From positions 1,024,001-1,088,000 of the forward strand of contig OZ244034.1 of assembly GCA_965215185.1 (NCBI GenBank): a stretch of 64,000 nt of DNA, read 5' to 3'. This document shows, piece after piece, positions 47,462 through 57,883 of the stretch (within the stretch, counting starts at the first letter, position 1; each line of letters begins with the position of its first letter). Under the pieces are notes generated by a model. The model did no database searches and was not told the origin of the DNA. It saw only the letters and a program-made list of their open reading frames with translations. Source of the DNA: Acidimicrobiia bacterium (GTDB lineage Bacteria > Actinomycetota > Acidimicrobiia > Spongiisociales > ZC4RG35). The translations under genes were made by a program, and so were the position numbers.

Positions 47462-48690
47462 CGGACGGGTTCGACCCTTACCACCCCGATTTCATCTCCA
47501 ACCCGTACCCTGCTTATGCCTGGCTGCGGCGCAACCGCCCTATCTTCTACGACGAGAACTGGAATCTCACGTTCTTCGCCCGCCATTCTGATGTCGAACG
47601 CATCCTACGGGATCGTCGCTTCGGGCGGGACATCCGCCACGCCCCAGACGCCCTTGCCCGGGTGGATGCGCAGGTGTATGAGCGGATCTATCCACCGGAA
47701 TATCCGGTTTGGACCCGCCTGATCAGAGACTCGTTCATAGATCTGGAGCCCCCCCGACACACCCGCATCCGTCGATTGGTGCAATGGGCGTTCACTCGCC
47801 GCGCCTCGCAGAGCTACCGGGAGCGGATGGAAGCTGAGGCGCACCGACACCTCGACCTGGTGGCCGAAACCGGACAGATGGAAGCCATAGCCGATTACGC
47901 CACTCCCATACCGCTGGTGATGATCGCCGAACTGATGGGCGTGCCTGCTGCTGATCAGCCCCGACTGGTGGAGTGGTCGCATCGCATTGTGCGTCTGTTC
48001 GAGCAAGGTTGCACGCCAACCGAAGGGGAGGCCGGGGAGCGAGCCATTATCGACTTTCGGGACTACATGCGAGACCTGAACGCCGCCCAGCGGGGAAGGG
48101 AAGGTGACGACCTGCTGTCGCACCTGATCCGCTCCGAATATCAGGGAGACGTCCTGAGCGAAGAGGAACTGATCTCCACCGCCATCCTGGTCCTCAACGC
48201 CGGCCATGAGGCGACCGTGCAGGCCATCGGCAACGGGCTGATGGCGCTTTGTTCCTTTCCTGATCAGTGGCGGCGCTGGCGAGCGAATCCCCGGCTCAGT
48301 GCCACTGCGGTTGAAGAACTACTCCGCTACGACACCCCCCTGCAGATGTTCGAGCGATGGGTCACCGAAGACCTGGATTGGCAAGGGATGAAGCTGCAGG
48401 CAGGATCGAAAGTGGGGTTGCTTTTCGGGTCCGCCAACCACGACGAGGATGTCTTCTCCGACTCTCAGCGTCTGGACCTAGGACGAATCCCCAATCCCCA
48501 CGTCTCATTCGGTGGGGGAGTCCACTACTGCGTGGGTGTGGCGCTGGCGAGGGAAGAGTTGAAGGTGGCCTTCGAGGTGCTGCGGGACCGAGTTCGCTCC
48601 TTTGAGCTCCTGGACGGTGATCGCGACCGAATCCCCAGCCTGGTGTTTCGGGGCGTGCAGACACTCCCGCTTGGGTTGGAGTTCGTCTAA
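47458..48690 (+). CDS. cytochrome P450
   Basis: AGHEAT, EELLR, FGGGVHYCVG heme motif; GTG 47458 overlaps the permease stop. Confidence 0.93.
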   Translation: MTDGFDPYHPDFISNPYPAYAWLRRNRPIFYDENWNLTFFARHSDVERILRDRRFGRDIRHAPDALARVDAQVYERIYPPEYPVWTRLIRDSFIDLEPPRHTRIRRLVQWAFTRRASQSYRERMEAEAHRHLDLVAETGQMEAIADYATPIPLVMIAELMGVPAADQPRLVEWSHRIVRLFEQGCTPTEGEAGERAIIDFRDYMRDLNAAQRGREGDDLLSHLIRSEYQGDVLSEEELISTAILVLNAGHEATVQAIGNGLMALCSFPDQWRRWRANPRLSATAVEELLRYDTPLQMFERWVTEDLDWQGMKLQAGSKVGLLFGSANHDEDVFSDSQRLDLGRIPNPHVSFGGGVHYCVGVALAREELKVAFEVLRDRVRSFELLDGDRDRIPSLVFRGVQTLPLGLEFV

Positions 48691-49619
48691 GAGGCGGCCA
48701 CGGTAGTGGTCGTCGACTCCACGCTGACCGGGGCGGCCGCATAGCCTATCACGTTCATGCCTTGCACCGCCAACTCCTTGTATACCGTTCCATTGCGCAC
48801 CTCCGCGTCATAGACGGTGGTAATGGTCAAGGTGAGTTGGTTGGTACGCATTATGGCTAGGTCCAGGATCTGCGATCCGGGACGATCCACCAGGTTCAGG
48901 GGAACAGCCACACCGCTGTCACTTCCGGCCTCCATGGTTCGCACCCGGAAATTCTGAGAGAAGCGGGTCTCGTCACTGAGATTCACCCACTCCAATCGTC
49001 TCACTGTGATGGGCTGCTCGAAAACCATGTTGATGCTCACCTGGGTGCCGGGGGTTATGTCGGTCCATCGGATCTGCCATTCCCCGCTTTTTCCGTTGAT
49101 CAAATTGTCGCAGGAGAAATTGGCGCCCAACCCCTCCGGAGAGCACTGGACGCTCAGCACCCCCTGAGTGGTGGGAATCGGTGGGGGGGCGGTGGTGCTG
49201 GTGGTCTCATCGGAGGCCAGCGTGGTCTGCGAGGCCTCCCCCTCATCCTCCGAACCACCTGTAAAGAGGTTGAAGAGCAGGGCGAAAACTGCCACCGCCA
49301 GGATGGTCGTGCCGGTGGCGATCACCGCTCGGACCCGAGCATTGGTCCGGATAGCAGGCCGGGGAGCCAGAGGCATGTCGGAGTGGCTGAGCCGTATATG
49401 GCACTGTTCACAGTTTTGTCTGGAAGGTGGGTTGCGGTGCCCACACAGGGAGCATGCAATCAGGTTGGGCGCTGATGGTTGGTGGGTGGAAGAGGAATCG
49501 GTTGGAGTGGCCTCTTCACTAAGGGTGGAAGGGGCGACTCTTTCTAGAAGGGCGCCGCAAGAGGAACAAAAATCAGCGTCGCCGACATCGGCGCCGCATC
49601 GGCCACAAATTTGTCTCAT
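48687..49619 (-). CDS. zinc-ribbon membrane protein with extracellular beta-rich (discoidin-like) domain
   Basis: Four CxxC motifs, one TM, Thr-rich linker. Confidence 0.65.
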   Translation of the reverse strand: MRQICGRCGADVGDADFCSSCGALLERVAPSTLSEEATPTDSSSTHQPSAPNLIACSLCGHRNPPSRQNCEQCHIRLSHSDMPLAPRPAIRTNARVRAVIATGTTILAVAVFALLFNLFTGGSEDEGEASQTTLASDETTSTTAPPPIPTTQGVLSVQCSPEGLGANFSCDNLINGKSGEWQIRWTDITPGTQVSINMVFEQPITVRRLEWVNLSDETRFSQNFRVRTMEAGSDSGVAVPLNLVDRPGSQILDLAIMRTNQLTLTITTVYDAEVRNGTVYKELAVQGMNVIGYAAAPVSVESTTTTVAAS

Positions 49620-49769
49620 AGATGATCTATTCTGGCACAACCGAGAAAGATCCCGGTTGATTTCCTGAGTCGCTGAAGTATTAAGGCACCCACTGCTGGG
49701 ATAGTACTTCGGACAAACTCCACGATATTTTTTACCAAGGCTGTTTTCTGTCTTGCTACCCTGAAAGCT

Positions 49770-50843
49770 GTGGCGGGTGAGCACTTCTCCCAGGAAGTAG
49801 TGGAAAGACTATTCGCACATCGCCCCATAAGGGACGGACTGGAAAGAATCTTGCAATCGCGGGAGGGGGCGTTGATCGTCCTAGGGACCAATATGGAGTT
49901 GGGGAGCATCAACGTCGACGGTTTGCATTTGAGCGCAGCCTCCTTGGACGCGGCCCGCTTGGCTGAAGTCGCAAAGATGGATGGGGCCATCATTTTGGAT
50001 AACGATTGGAATTTCATTCTCGCCGCCAACGCCCATCTGGCGCCACCACCCAATGTTCCCACCACCGAATCGGGATCCCGCCATCGCACCGCCCAGCGGG
50101 CAGCCCAAATAACCGGACTACCGGTGGTGACGGTGAGCAAGGATCGGGCGGTGGTCACTCTCTACATCCACACCGAACAAGTTGATCTAACCCCCCGGTG
50201 GACCATTCGCGAGCGGATCTTTCAGCATCTTCAGATTCTGGTGGAAATCCGCGGACGGTTCGATAAGGCGGACGAGCGCCTGCTGCGGATGGAATTGTTG
50301 GGTCTGGTCACGGCTAGGGAAGTGACCCACATGGTCCGCATGGGTGAGATGGTGGATAGGGCCGCCTCTGTCATCAAAGCCATGCTCGCCGACTCCGTCG
50401 AAGACCCTTCCACCGTCGAGGCGCTCTTGACTGATCGGGTATTCGAGGTCGAGCGGCTCGTGCAGATGACCCTTAAGGATTATCTAGGCGAAGACGCCGA
50501 AGCTGCTCGCCAAAGGCTGTCCAAACTTCCGAACCACCAACTGGCCCACACCTGGGCGGTTGCGTCGGAGATCGGCCTGGAACAATTGGAGGACGGTTTC
50601 GTACCCAGGGGCAACCGGCTTCTCTACCAGGCCGGCATTACGTCCAAATACATGAGAGGGCTGCTGTTCAATGCCTATCCTGACGCCCAAGCCATGCTCC
50701 ATGCCTCCCTTGAGGGATTCATGGCAGTGAAAGGAATCGGAGTTAAGAGCGCCACCCGTTTGCGGCTGTGTTTCGACCGGCTGCTGGCCGCGGTTCACCC
50801 CATCGGACAACGTGTGTTGACCGACAAGAGTTCTACCGTATAA
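49770..50843 (+). CDS. disA: diadenylate cyclase DisA
   Basis: KMDGAI and GSRHRTA DAC motifs, C-terminal HhH VKGIG. Confidence 0.88.
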   Translation: MAGEHFSQEVVERLFAHRPIRDGLERILQSREGALIVLGTNMELGSINVDGLHLSAASLDAARLAEVAKMDGAIILDNDWNFILAANAHLAPPPNVPTTESGSRHRTAQRAAQITGLPVVTVSKDRAVVTLYIHTEQVDLTPRWTIRERIFQHLQILVEIRGRFDKADERLLRMELLGLVTAREVTHMVRMGEMVDRAASVIKAMLADSVEDPSTVEALLTDRVFEVERLVQMTLKDYLGEDAEAARQRLSKLPNHQLAHTWAVASEIGLEQLEDGFVPRGNRLLYQAGITSKYMRGLLFNAYPDAQAMLHASLEGFMAVKGIGVKSATRLRLCFDRLLAAVHPIGQRVLTDKSSTV

Positions 50844-50844
50844 T
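50817..50844 (+). promoter_or_regulatory. promoter TTGACC-N16-TATAAT, 8 nt before carD ATG (leaderless)
   Basis: Read directly. Confidence 0.6.
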
Positions 50845-50852
50845 CGTTTCGC

Positions 50853-51521
50853 ATGGCTAAGAGTCCCTCAACCGATAAAAAGCCACCTGTGGGTGGGAAA
50901 AAGTCGACCAGTACAAGAGTGCGACGGGCCAAGGCGCCAGGCCGTAAGGGTAAACCCAAGACGATGCCGCGATACGCACGTGGTGGGGGAATTGCGGAGA
51001 AAGTTGCCACCGAGGAGCCCAATTACAAAAAAGGCGACTATGTTGTCCACATTCAACACGGTGTGGCGCACATCTCAGATATCCAGGTAAAAAGCGATTT
51101 CGGCGAGACGCAAAAGTATTTCGTCCTGAACTTCCCCACCGAAGAAATGGTGATCAGCGTTCCGACCAACAAGACTCTTTACACCATTCGTCCCCTGATT
51201 AACAAGGCAGAGGCCGCCGACGTCATCGAAAAGCTCAAGGAACAGCCAGCAGAGTCTGGCGCCAACTGGAGTCGTTGGTACAAAGTTCTGCAAGAAAAGA
51301 TGTACTCGGGAGACATTTTCCAGGTGGCGGAGGTGGTCAGGGACTTAAGCTATTCCAATCAGACCAAGGGCATCTCTCCCGCTCTCAAAAAGATGCTCAA
51401 CCGCGCCCAGCATGCGCTGATAACCGAAGTGCGTTTCTCTTTGGGCATAGACGCCGAGGAGGCTGAGGCCAATATCAATCGAGCGTTGCCCACCTTCGAG
51501 CCTATCGCCCGCAAGAAATGA
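50853..51521 (+). CDS. carD: CarD family RNAP-binding regulator with basic N-terminal extension
   Basis: YKKGDYVVHIQHGVA, NWSRWYK, SGDIFQVAEVVRDL. Confidence 0.9.
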   Translation: MAKSPSTDKKPPVGGKKSTSTRVRRAKAPGRKGKPKTMPRYARGGGIAEKVATEEPNYKKGDYVVHIQHGVAHISDIQVKSDFGETQKYFVLNFPTEEMVISVPTNKTLYTIRPLINKAEAADVIEKLKEQPAESGANWSRWYKVLQEKMYSGDIFQVAEVVRDLSYSNQTKGISPALKKMLNRAQHALITEVRFSLGIDAEEAEANINRALPTFEPIARKK

Positions 51522-52024
51522 GCGAACCTCACCCGGGAGTGCGGGTGGGATGGGGTATGGATGCCCATCGATTGGGTGCAAACCCTCCCGTAATCCTGGC
51601 CGGGGTGGAGGTGGACAGACTAAGAGGGGTGTTCGCCACCTCCGATGGAGATGTTGTTGCCCATGCGGTGGCTGATGCGCTGTTGGGAGCTGCTGCGCTG
51701 GGAGACATAGGTGCGTACTTCCCGCCATCGGATCCACAGTGGAAAGATGCCAATAGCATGGATTTACTGGCCCAAGTGTTGGAGAGGGTCGAGCACACTG
51801 ATTGGCGACCCGCATTCTGCGACGTGACGGTGATCTCCCAATCGGTTCGGGTTTCACCCCATCGCCAAGCGGTGAGAGCAGCCCTGGCAAAAGTGCTGAA
51901 ATTACAGGAGTGCCAAATATCGATTAAGGCCACCACCACCGACGGACTGGGCTGGCTGGGCCGTGATGAAGGAATCGCGGCCATGGCGGCGGTGACGCTT
52001 ACCAAGTTCCAAAAGCCTTTGTGA
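51518..52024 (+). CDS. ispF: 2-C-methyl-D-erythritol 2,4-cyclodiphosphate synthase
   Basis: RVGWGMDAH, SDGDVVAHAVADALLGA, KATTTDGLG. Confidence 0.94.
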   Translation: MSEPHPGVRVGWGMDAHRLGANPPVILAGVEVDRLRGVFATSDGDVVAHAVADALLGAAALGDIGAYFPPSDPQWKDANSMDLLAQVLERVEHTDWRPAFCDVTVISQSVRVSPHRQAVRAALAKVLKLQECQISIKATTTDGLGWLGRDEGIAAMAAVTLTKFQKPL

Positions 52025-52094
52025 CAACGCTATGGCCAGCAGGCAGTTCCCCTAGCAAGGTCGATCCTATCTGTTCTTTAACATCTGCGATGCC

Positions 52095-53484
<1,390 letters not shown>

Positions 53485-53510
<26 letters not shown>

Positions 53511-54225
53511 GGTCGAAGGGCTTCCGGCCGTCGAGGCAGCCCTGGCTGCAGGCCGGGTCCTCAAACTCCGAGTCGCCCGCACTTCCACGTCTTCTCCCCG
53601 GGTAACCGAGTTGATCCGAACCGCCCAAGGGAGAGGAATCGAAATCGAGACAGTGCCTAGCCTGGAAGGAATCGCTGCCACCTCCTCACCGCAGGGAGTG
53701 GTGGCGGACTGTCAGAAGCTGCGAACCGTGCCCTTGAAACAATTGGTGTCCGAGGCCGAGCCGGCCGCGCTGTTGATTGTCGATCACATCTCCGATCCCC
53801 GCAATCTGGGAGCCATTGCCCGCAACGCCGTGGCGGCGGGAACCCCTCGCCTGGTGATACCTACCCACCGGGCCTCACCGCTAACTCCTGCGGCTTTCAA
53901 AGCAGCGGCGGGGGCTCTGGAGTCGACACGGGTTTGTCTGGTTTCATCCATAGCGGACACCCTTCGACAATTATCGGGTATGGATGTGTGGACCGTGGGA
54001 CTGACGGCGAAGGCCCCCACGTCTCTATTCGGGCTGGATCTGCTCATTGAACCGGTGGCGGTGGTGGTGGGCGGCGAGCATCGGGGGTTGTCCCGGTTGG
54101 TCGCAGAGCGGGTGGATCAGTTGGCTTCGATACCCATGGCCCCGCAGACCGAAAGCCTCAACGTTTCGGTGGCGGCCGGGCTCGCCCTCTTCGAATTGGC
54201 CCGCATGCGCGACTACTTTGGGTGA
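53485..54225 (+). CDS. rlmB: 23S rRNA (Gm2251) methyltransferase, TrmH/SpoU family
   Basis: DPRNLGAIAR, GGEHRGL, IPM...ESLNVSVA; follows cysS. Confidence 0.88.
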
Positions 54226-54275
54226 AACCCAGCAACAACTCGGCGCGGCAGTGCTACGATTCTCGTCGCAGCCCG

Positions 54276-54349
54276 GCTGGCGTAGCTCAGACGGCCAGAG
54301 CAGCTGATTTGTAATCAGCAGGTCGTGGGTTCGAGTCCCACCGCCAGCT
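54276..54349 (+). tRNA. tRNA-Thr (TGT)
   Basis: GCTGGCG/CGCCAGC acceptor, GCTGA-tTTGTaa-TCAGC anticodon arm, GGTTCGAGTCC T-loop. Confidence 0.95.
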
Positions 54350-54489
54350 CCGGACTGGGACTTTGGAACAAAAGAACCTTTTAGTGGTCGAGCGCCGATA
54401 TCCTTTCGGTGGGATGCGTAACTCTGTGTTTACCGACTTTTCGGAGCCGATGCGACCCTTGGTCATTGGAATGCCGGGGTCAACTGCGT

Positions 54490-55101
54490 ATGAAAGGTAG
54501 GCACACCGCGGGGGGATGGTCGCCTTTCTGGCGGGACATCCTGCTGCGATCCATCCTGGTTTTGCTGCTAATCGCCATGGCCGCCTTCATATGGTGGCTC
54601 TTCTCCGAAGACGACCTGTTTACTGAAGCTGTTCCCAGCACCTCGGAAGGGGTCACAACCGCCACGGCCGAAGCAGGCACCACCACCCCCGCAAGCGAAG
54701 TGGACACCACCACCCTCATCACAGCCGAAACCACCAGCACCTCAACAACATCTGCGGTAACCACCACGACCACCTCCGCACCCATCACCTCCACCACCAG
54801 CACCATCCCGCCACCACTGGCCCCAGACGAATTGGTGATCAAAGTGTTCAACGCCAACGGCGTCTCCGGTGTGGCGGGCAGAACCACCGCCCTGCTGGAA
54901 GAAGCGGGATATGGGGTGGAGTCGCCCGACAATCATCCACAGTTGCTGGACATCTCCCGGGTGTGGTACCGAGGCGACCTGAACAGGGAAGCTCAACAGA
55001 TTAAAGAGACGCTGCTACCCGACGCGTTGGTGGAACCCGTTCCACAGGAGCAGGAAGGGATAGACATTATGGTGGTCTTGGGACGCTCCTTCCAGGAGTG
55101 A
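54490..55101 (+). CDS. LytR C-terminal domain membrane protein
   Basis: TM, Thr-rich stalk, IKVFNANGVSGVAG...IMVVLG. Confidence 0.8.
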   Translation: MKGRHTAGGWSPFWRDILLRSILVLLLIAMAAFIWWLFSEDDLFTEAVPSTSEGVTTATAEAGTTTPASEVDTTTLITAETTSTSTTSAVTTTTTSAPITSTTSTIPPPLAPDELVIKVFNANGVSGVAGRTTALLEEAGYGVESPDNHPQLLDISRVWYRGDLNREAQQIKETLLPDALVEPVPQEQEGIDIMVVLGRSFQE

Positions 55102-56006
55102 CCCACCCAGGGGGACGCTCCGACCATAGGGTGGGTGCCTGGCGGCTGAATGGCTCAGTGATAGCCGTCCTGCTACTCGGGGTGGCGATTCGCCTTCTAT
55201 CACCTGCAATCTTTTTGGACATAGTGTCCTTGTGGCCGATCGCCGTGGTACTTGTGGCTTTGGGGTGGGTGGTGCAGCGAATATGGGCGGGCAGCCGACT
55301 AACCGCCGCTCCGATATTGCCGCTGTTGGTTTTTTCCTGGTTGGTGTTCTCAGCCTCGTTTTATTTTGCCGGTCTACCCAACCTGCCCTCACACAGCGCC
55401 AATCTGAGAGGCCCCCCGGTCGATCAAAGCGACTTCAGCACCCTTGCGGTGGAGATGAAAACGGGGCGTCTACTCCTGTCGCGGGGAGACGGACCCTCGG
55501 CATACCGCGTGAATGTGATCCGCCGCGGGGGTAGCGCGGGAGTGCCGGTGGCTGTGGAGAGCCGAGGAGAAAACGGCGGAGAGGTCTCGATTGTCGACGC
55601 CAGGGTACCTCTTCCCCTCGACCTCAATTCGATGGTCAAAGACAACGCTTGGCTGCGCTTTGCAGGATGGCAGGTGGGCTTGCATCCCCAAACCTTCTGG
55701 AACCTGACCCTTTCGTCTCCCGACCTTTCTGCCGATCTGCGACAGCTTCAAGTAGTTGGTCTGGTGGCAAACGGCGGGGGTACCATCAAAGTGGGTGAAC
55801 CGACCGGCCCGATGGGGATCCTGATCAACGGAGTTTTCACCATCGAAGTCCCCGACCAGGCTCCCGTGGAGGTGGCCGGAGTGGCAGTGGTCCCCGAAGA
55901 CTGGATGGTAGAAGATGATATGGCCTGGTTTGGAGAGCGAGGGGCCGGGTGGCACATCGAGATTTCCGAAGGTGGGTCGGCCCAGATCATCACCAGTACC
56001 CAATAG
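55098..56006 (+). CDS. membrane protein (LiaF-like N-terminal TMs, beta-rich C-terminus)
   Basis: LWP-containing TM hairpin followed by soluble domain; coupled to upstream gene. Confidence 0.55.
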   Translation: MTHPGGRSDHRVGAWRLNGSVIAVLLLGVAIRLLSPAIFLDIVSLWPIAVVLVALGWVVQRIWAGSRLTAAPILPLLVFSWLVFSASFYFAGLPNLPSHSANLRGPPVDQSDFSTLAVEMKTGRLLLSRGDGPSAYRVNVIRRGGSAGVPVAVESRGENGGEVSIVDARVPLPLDLNSMVKDNAWLRFAGWQVGLHPQTFWNLTLSSPDLSADLRQLQVVGLVANGGGTIKVGEPTGPMGILINGVFTIEVPDQAPVEVAGVAVVPEDWMVEDDMAWFGERGAGWHIEISEGGSAQIITSTQ

Positions 56007-56327
56007 CAGGGCATCCCCACAAATCAAATACCCGACACGCTAAAGCCGCACAAACATCCCTCTGACCTAACTCCACGCCACCTTCCCTGCCAAGAATCCT
56101 CGGGCAAGCTTGCTGCTTTCCGGCAGTGGCCGCCCCCCACCACTCTGTTGGCCAAAACGCCCTTAAGCACGCCTCCTAGAACACCTTTTTGGGAGCAACA
56201 CCGACTCTAACCACCCCGAACGACTCGTCGGATTAGATAGGGGGGTTCTCAGCTACAGGTCAAAAAAGAAGACTAAGGGGAAGGGCTCAAGCTGCTTCGA
56301 AACCTTTCGCCAACCTGGGGTGTCTGT

Positions 56328-57104
56328 TCACGGCAGAGGAGTGACATAGGAGGCGGTCAAACCTCCGTCCACCATGAAATCGGCGCCGGTGACAAACGAG
56401 GATTCGTCGGACGCCAGCCACAGAGCGGCCTGGGCTACCTCTGCTGCCTCCCCGAACCTGCCCATTGGGATATGGATCAGCCTGCGTTGTTTCTTCTCGT
56501 CAGTGTCGAGATACTGCATGAGCAACTCGGTGTGCAGCGGTCCCGGACAAAGTGCGTTCACTCTGATGTTCTCCTGGGCGTGGACCACCGCCAGTTCCCT
56601 GGTCAGCGAGAGCACCGCTCCTTTCGAGGCGGTATAGGCCAACTGCGGCGTGGCTGCTCCCACTTTTGCCACAAACGAGGCGGTGTTGATGATTGAACCG
56701 CCGCCGGAACGTCGCAGAGCAGGAATTCCGTACTTGCAGCCCAGGAACACTCCCTTTACGTTGACCGAGAAGGTGAAGTCCCATATTTCCTCGGTGGTCT
56801 CCACCGCATCCGAATCCTCGGGGTGGCTGACACCGGCATTGTTGAACAGCACATGCAAACCTCCGAAAGCCTCCTCAGTCTTCTGCACCATGGACCGGCA
56901 ATCGGCGTCCCGGCCGACATCGGCACGAACCGCCACCGCCCGGCCACCTGCTACGGTGATGGCCGCCACCGTCTCGGCCACCGTTTCTTCGTCGATGTCC
57001 ACTGCGGTCACCGCCGCTCCTTCCGAAGCGAACAGGCAAGCCGCCCGGCGGCCGATACCAGATCCGGCTCCGGTTATGAGAGCTACTTTGCCACTAAGCC
57101 GCAT
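56328..57104 (-). CDS. short-chain dehydrogenase/reductase
   Basis: TGAGSGIG, NNAG, YTASK, VNALCPG. Confidence 0.92.
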   Translation of the reverse strand: MRLSGKVALITGAGSGIGRRAACLFASEGAAVTAVDIDEETVAETVAAITVAGGRAVAVRADVGRDADCRSMVQKTEEAFGGLHVLFNNAGVSHPEDSDAVETTEEIWDFTFSVNVKGVFLGCKYGIPALRRSGGGSIINTASFVAKVGAATPQLAYTASKGAVLSLTRELAVVHAQENIRVNALCPGPLHTELLMQYLDTDEKKQRRLIHIPMGRFGEAAEVAQAALWLASDESSFVTGADFMVDGGLTASYVTPLP

Positions 57105-57138
57105 AGATCCACAGGTTATCCGGTTATAGTCCCAGCTA

Positions 57139-57810
57139 ATGACGATTCCCGATTTCACCCTCGACGACCAGGCGGGACAACCCTGGCGGTTGGGCGAGCA
57201 TCTGGATGCGGGGGTGGTGTTGGTTTTCCTGCGGGGTGATTGGTGACCCTACTGCAATGGCCAGTTGGCCAGCCTGGCCCAACGCCACGAACAGATCTTG
57301 GCCGCCGGATTCCGAGTGGCAGTGATCGATATCGACAGCCCCGCCCGCCACGCCGCCATGGTCGAGAAGCTGAACCTGCCCTTTCCGATGCTGTCCGACC
57401 CCGACCGCGGCGGGGCCATCGTCCCCTACGGGGTTGCCGACTACCAAGATCCACGCAGTTTGGCTCGCCCCGCCCTCGTGGCGGCAACTCCGGGAGGAAC
57501 CGAGGTTTATCGATTCGTGGCCCGGGACTATGCGGATCGCCTTCCCGAAGACGATCTGGTGGAAGTGCTCAACACGCAGGGGCTGGTGGCCACCACCCAG
57601 GCCCGGCCCACTCCGGGCGAACCATCTCCGGGCCCCCGGGCCATGCCGGTCAGAGCCATGATCCCCTACTTTCGGGGCGGTCGTTTCGCGGCGTTGGCCC
57701 TGGGGCTGCGACATCGGCATGTATCGGAGGAATTCAAAGCGGATGCCAAAGCCTTTGTGGCCGAGATGGATCGCTACGCGGATGCAATCAAGAAGCTGAG
57801 ATCGCCCTGA
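57139..57810 (+). CDS. AhpC/TSA (peroxiredoxin-like) selenoprotein, UxxC; in-frame TGA at 57244-57246
   Basis: MTIPDFTLDDQAGQPWRLGEHLDAGVVLVFLRGDW-TGA-PYCNGQ continues in frame into the 57265-57810 ORF (LPFPMLSDP...YGV). Confidence 0.8.
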
Positions 57811-57883
57811 GAGACAAGGCGACCCAGTCAGACCGCTCGGTATTCAAAACACCGAACCGCCGCAGGTACCCTAGAGGTTTCTG

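Noticed and set aside
56010-56325. C/A-skewed intergenic stretch as MITE or ncRNA
   Set aside because: No terminal repeats, second copy or recognisable structure found in the window
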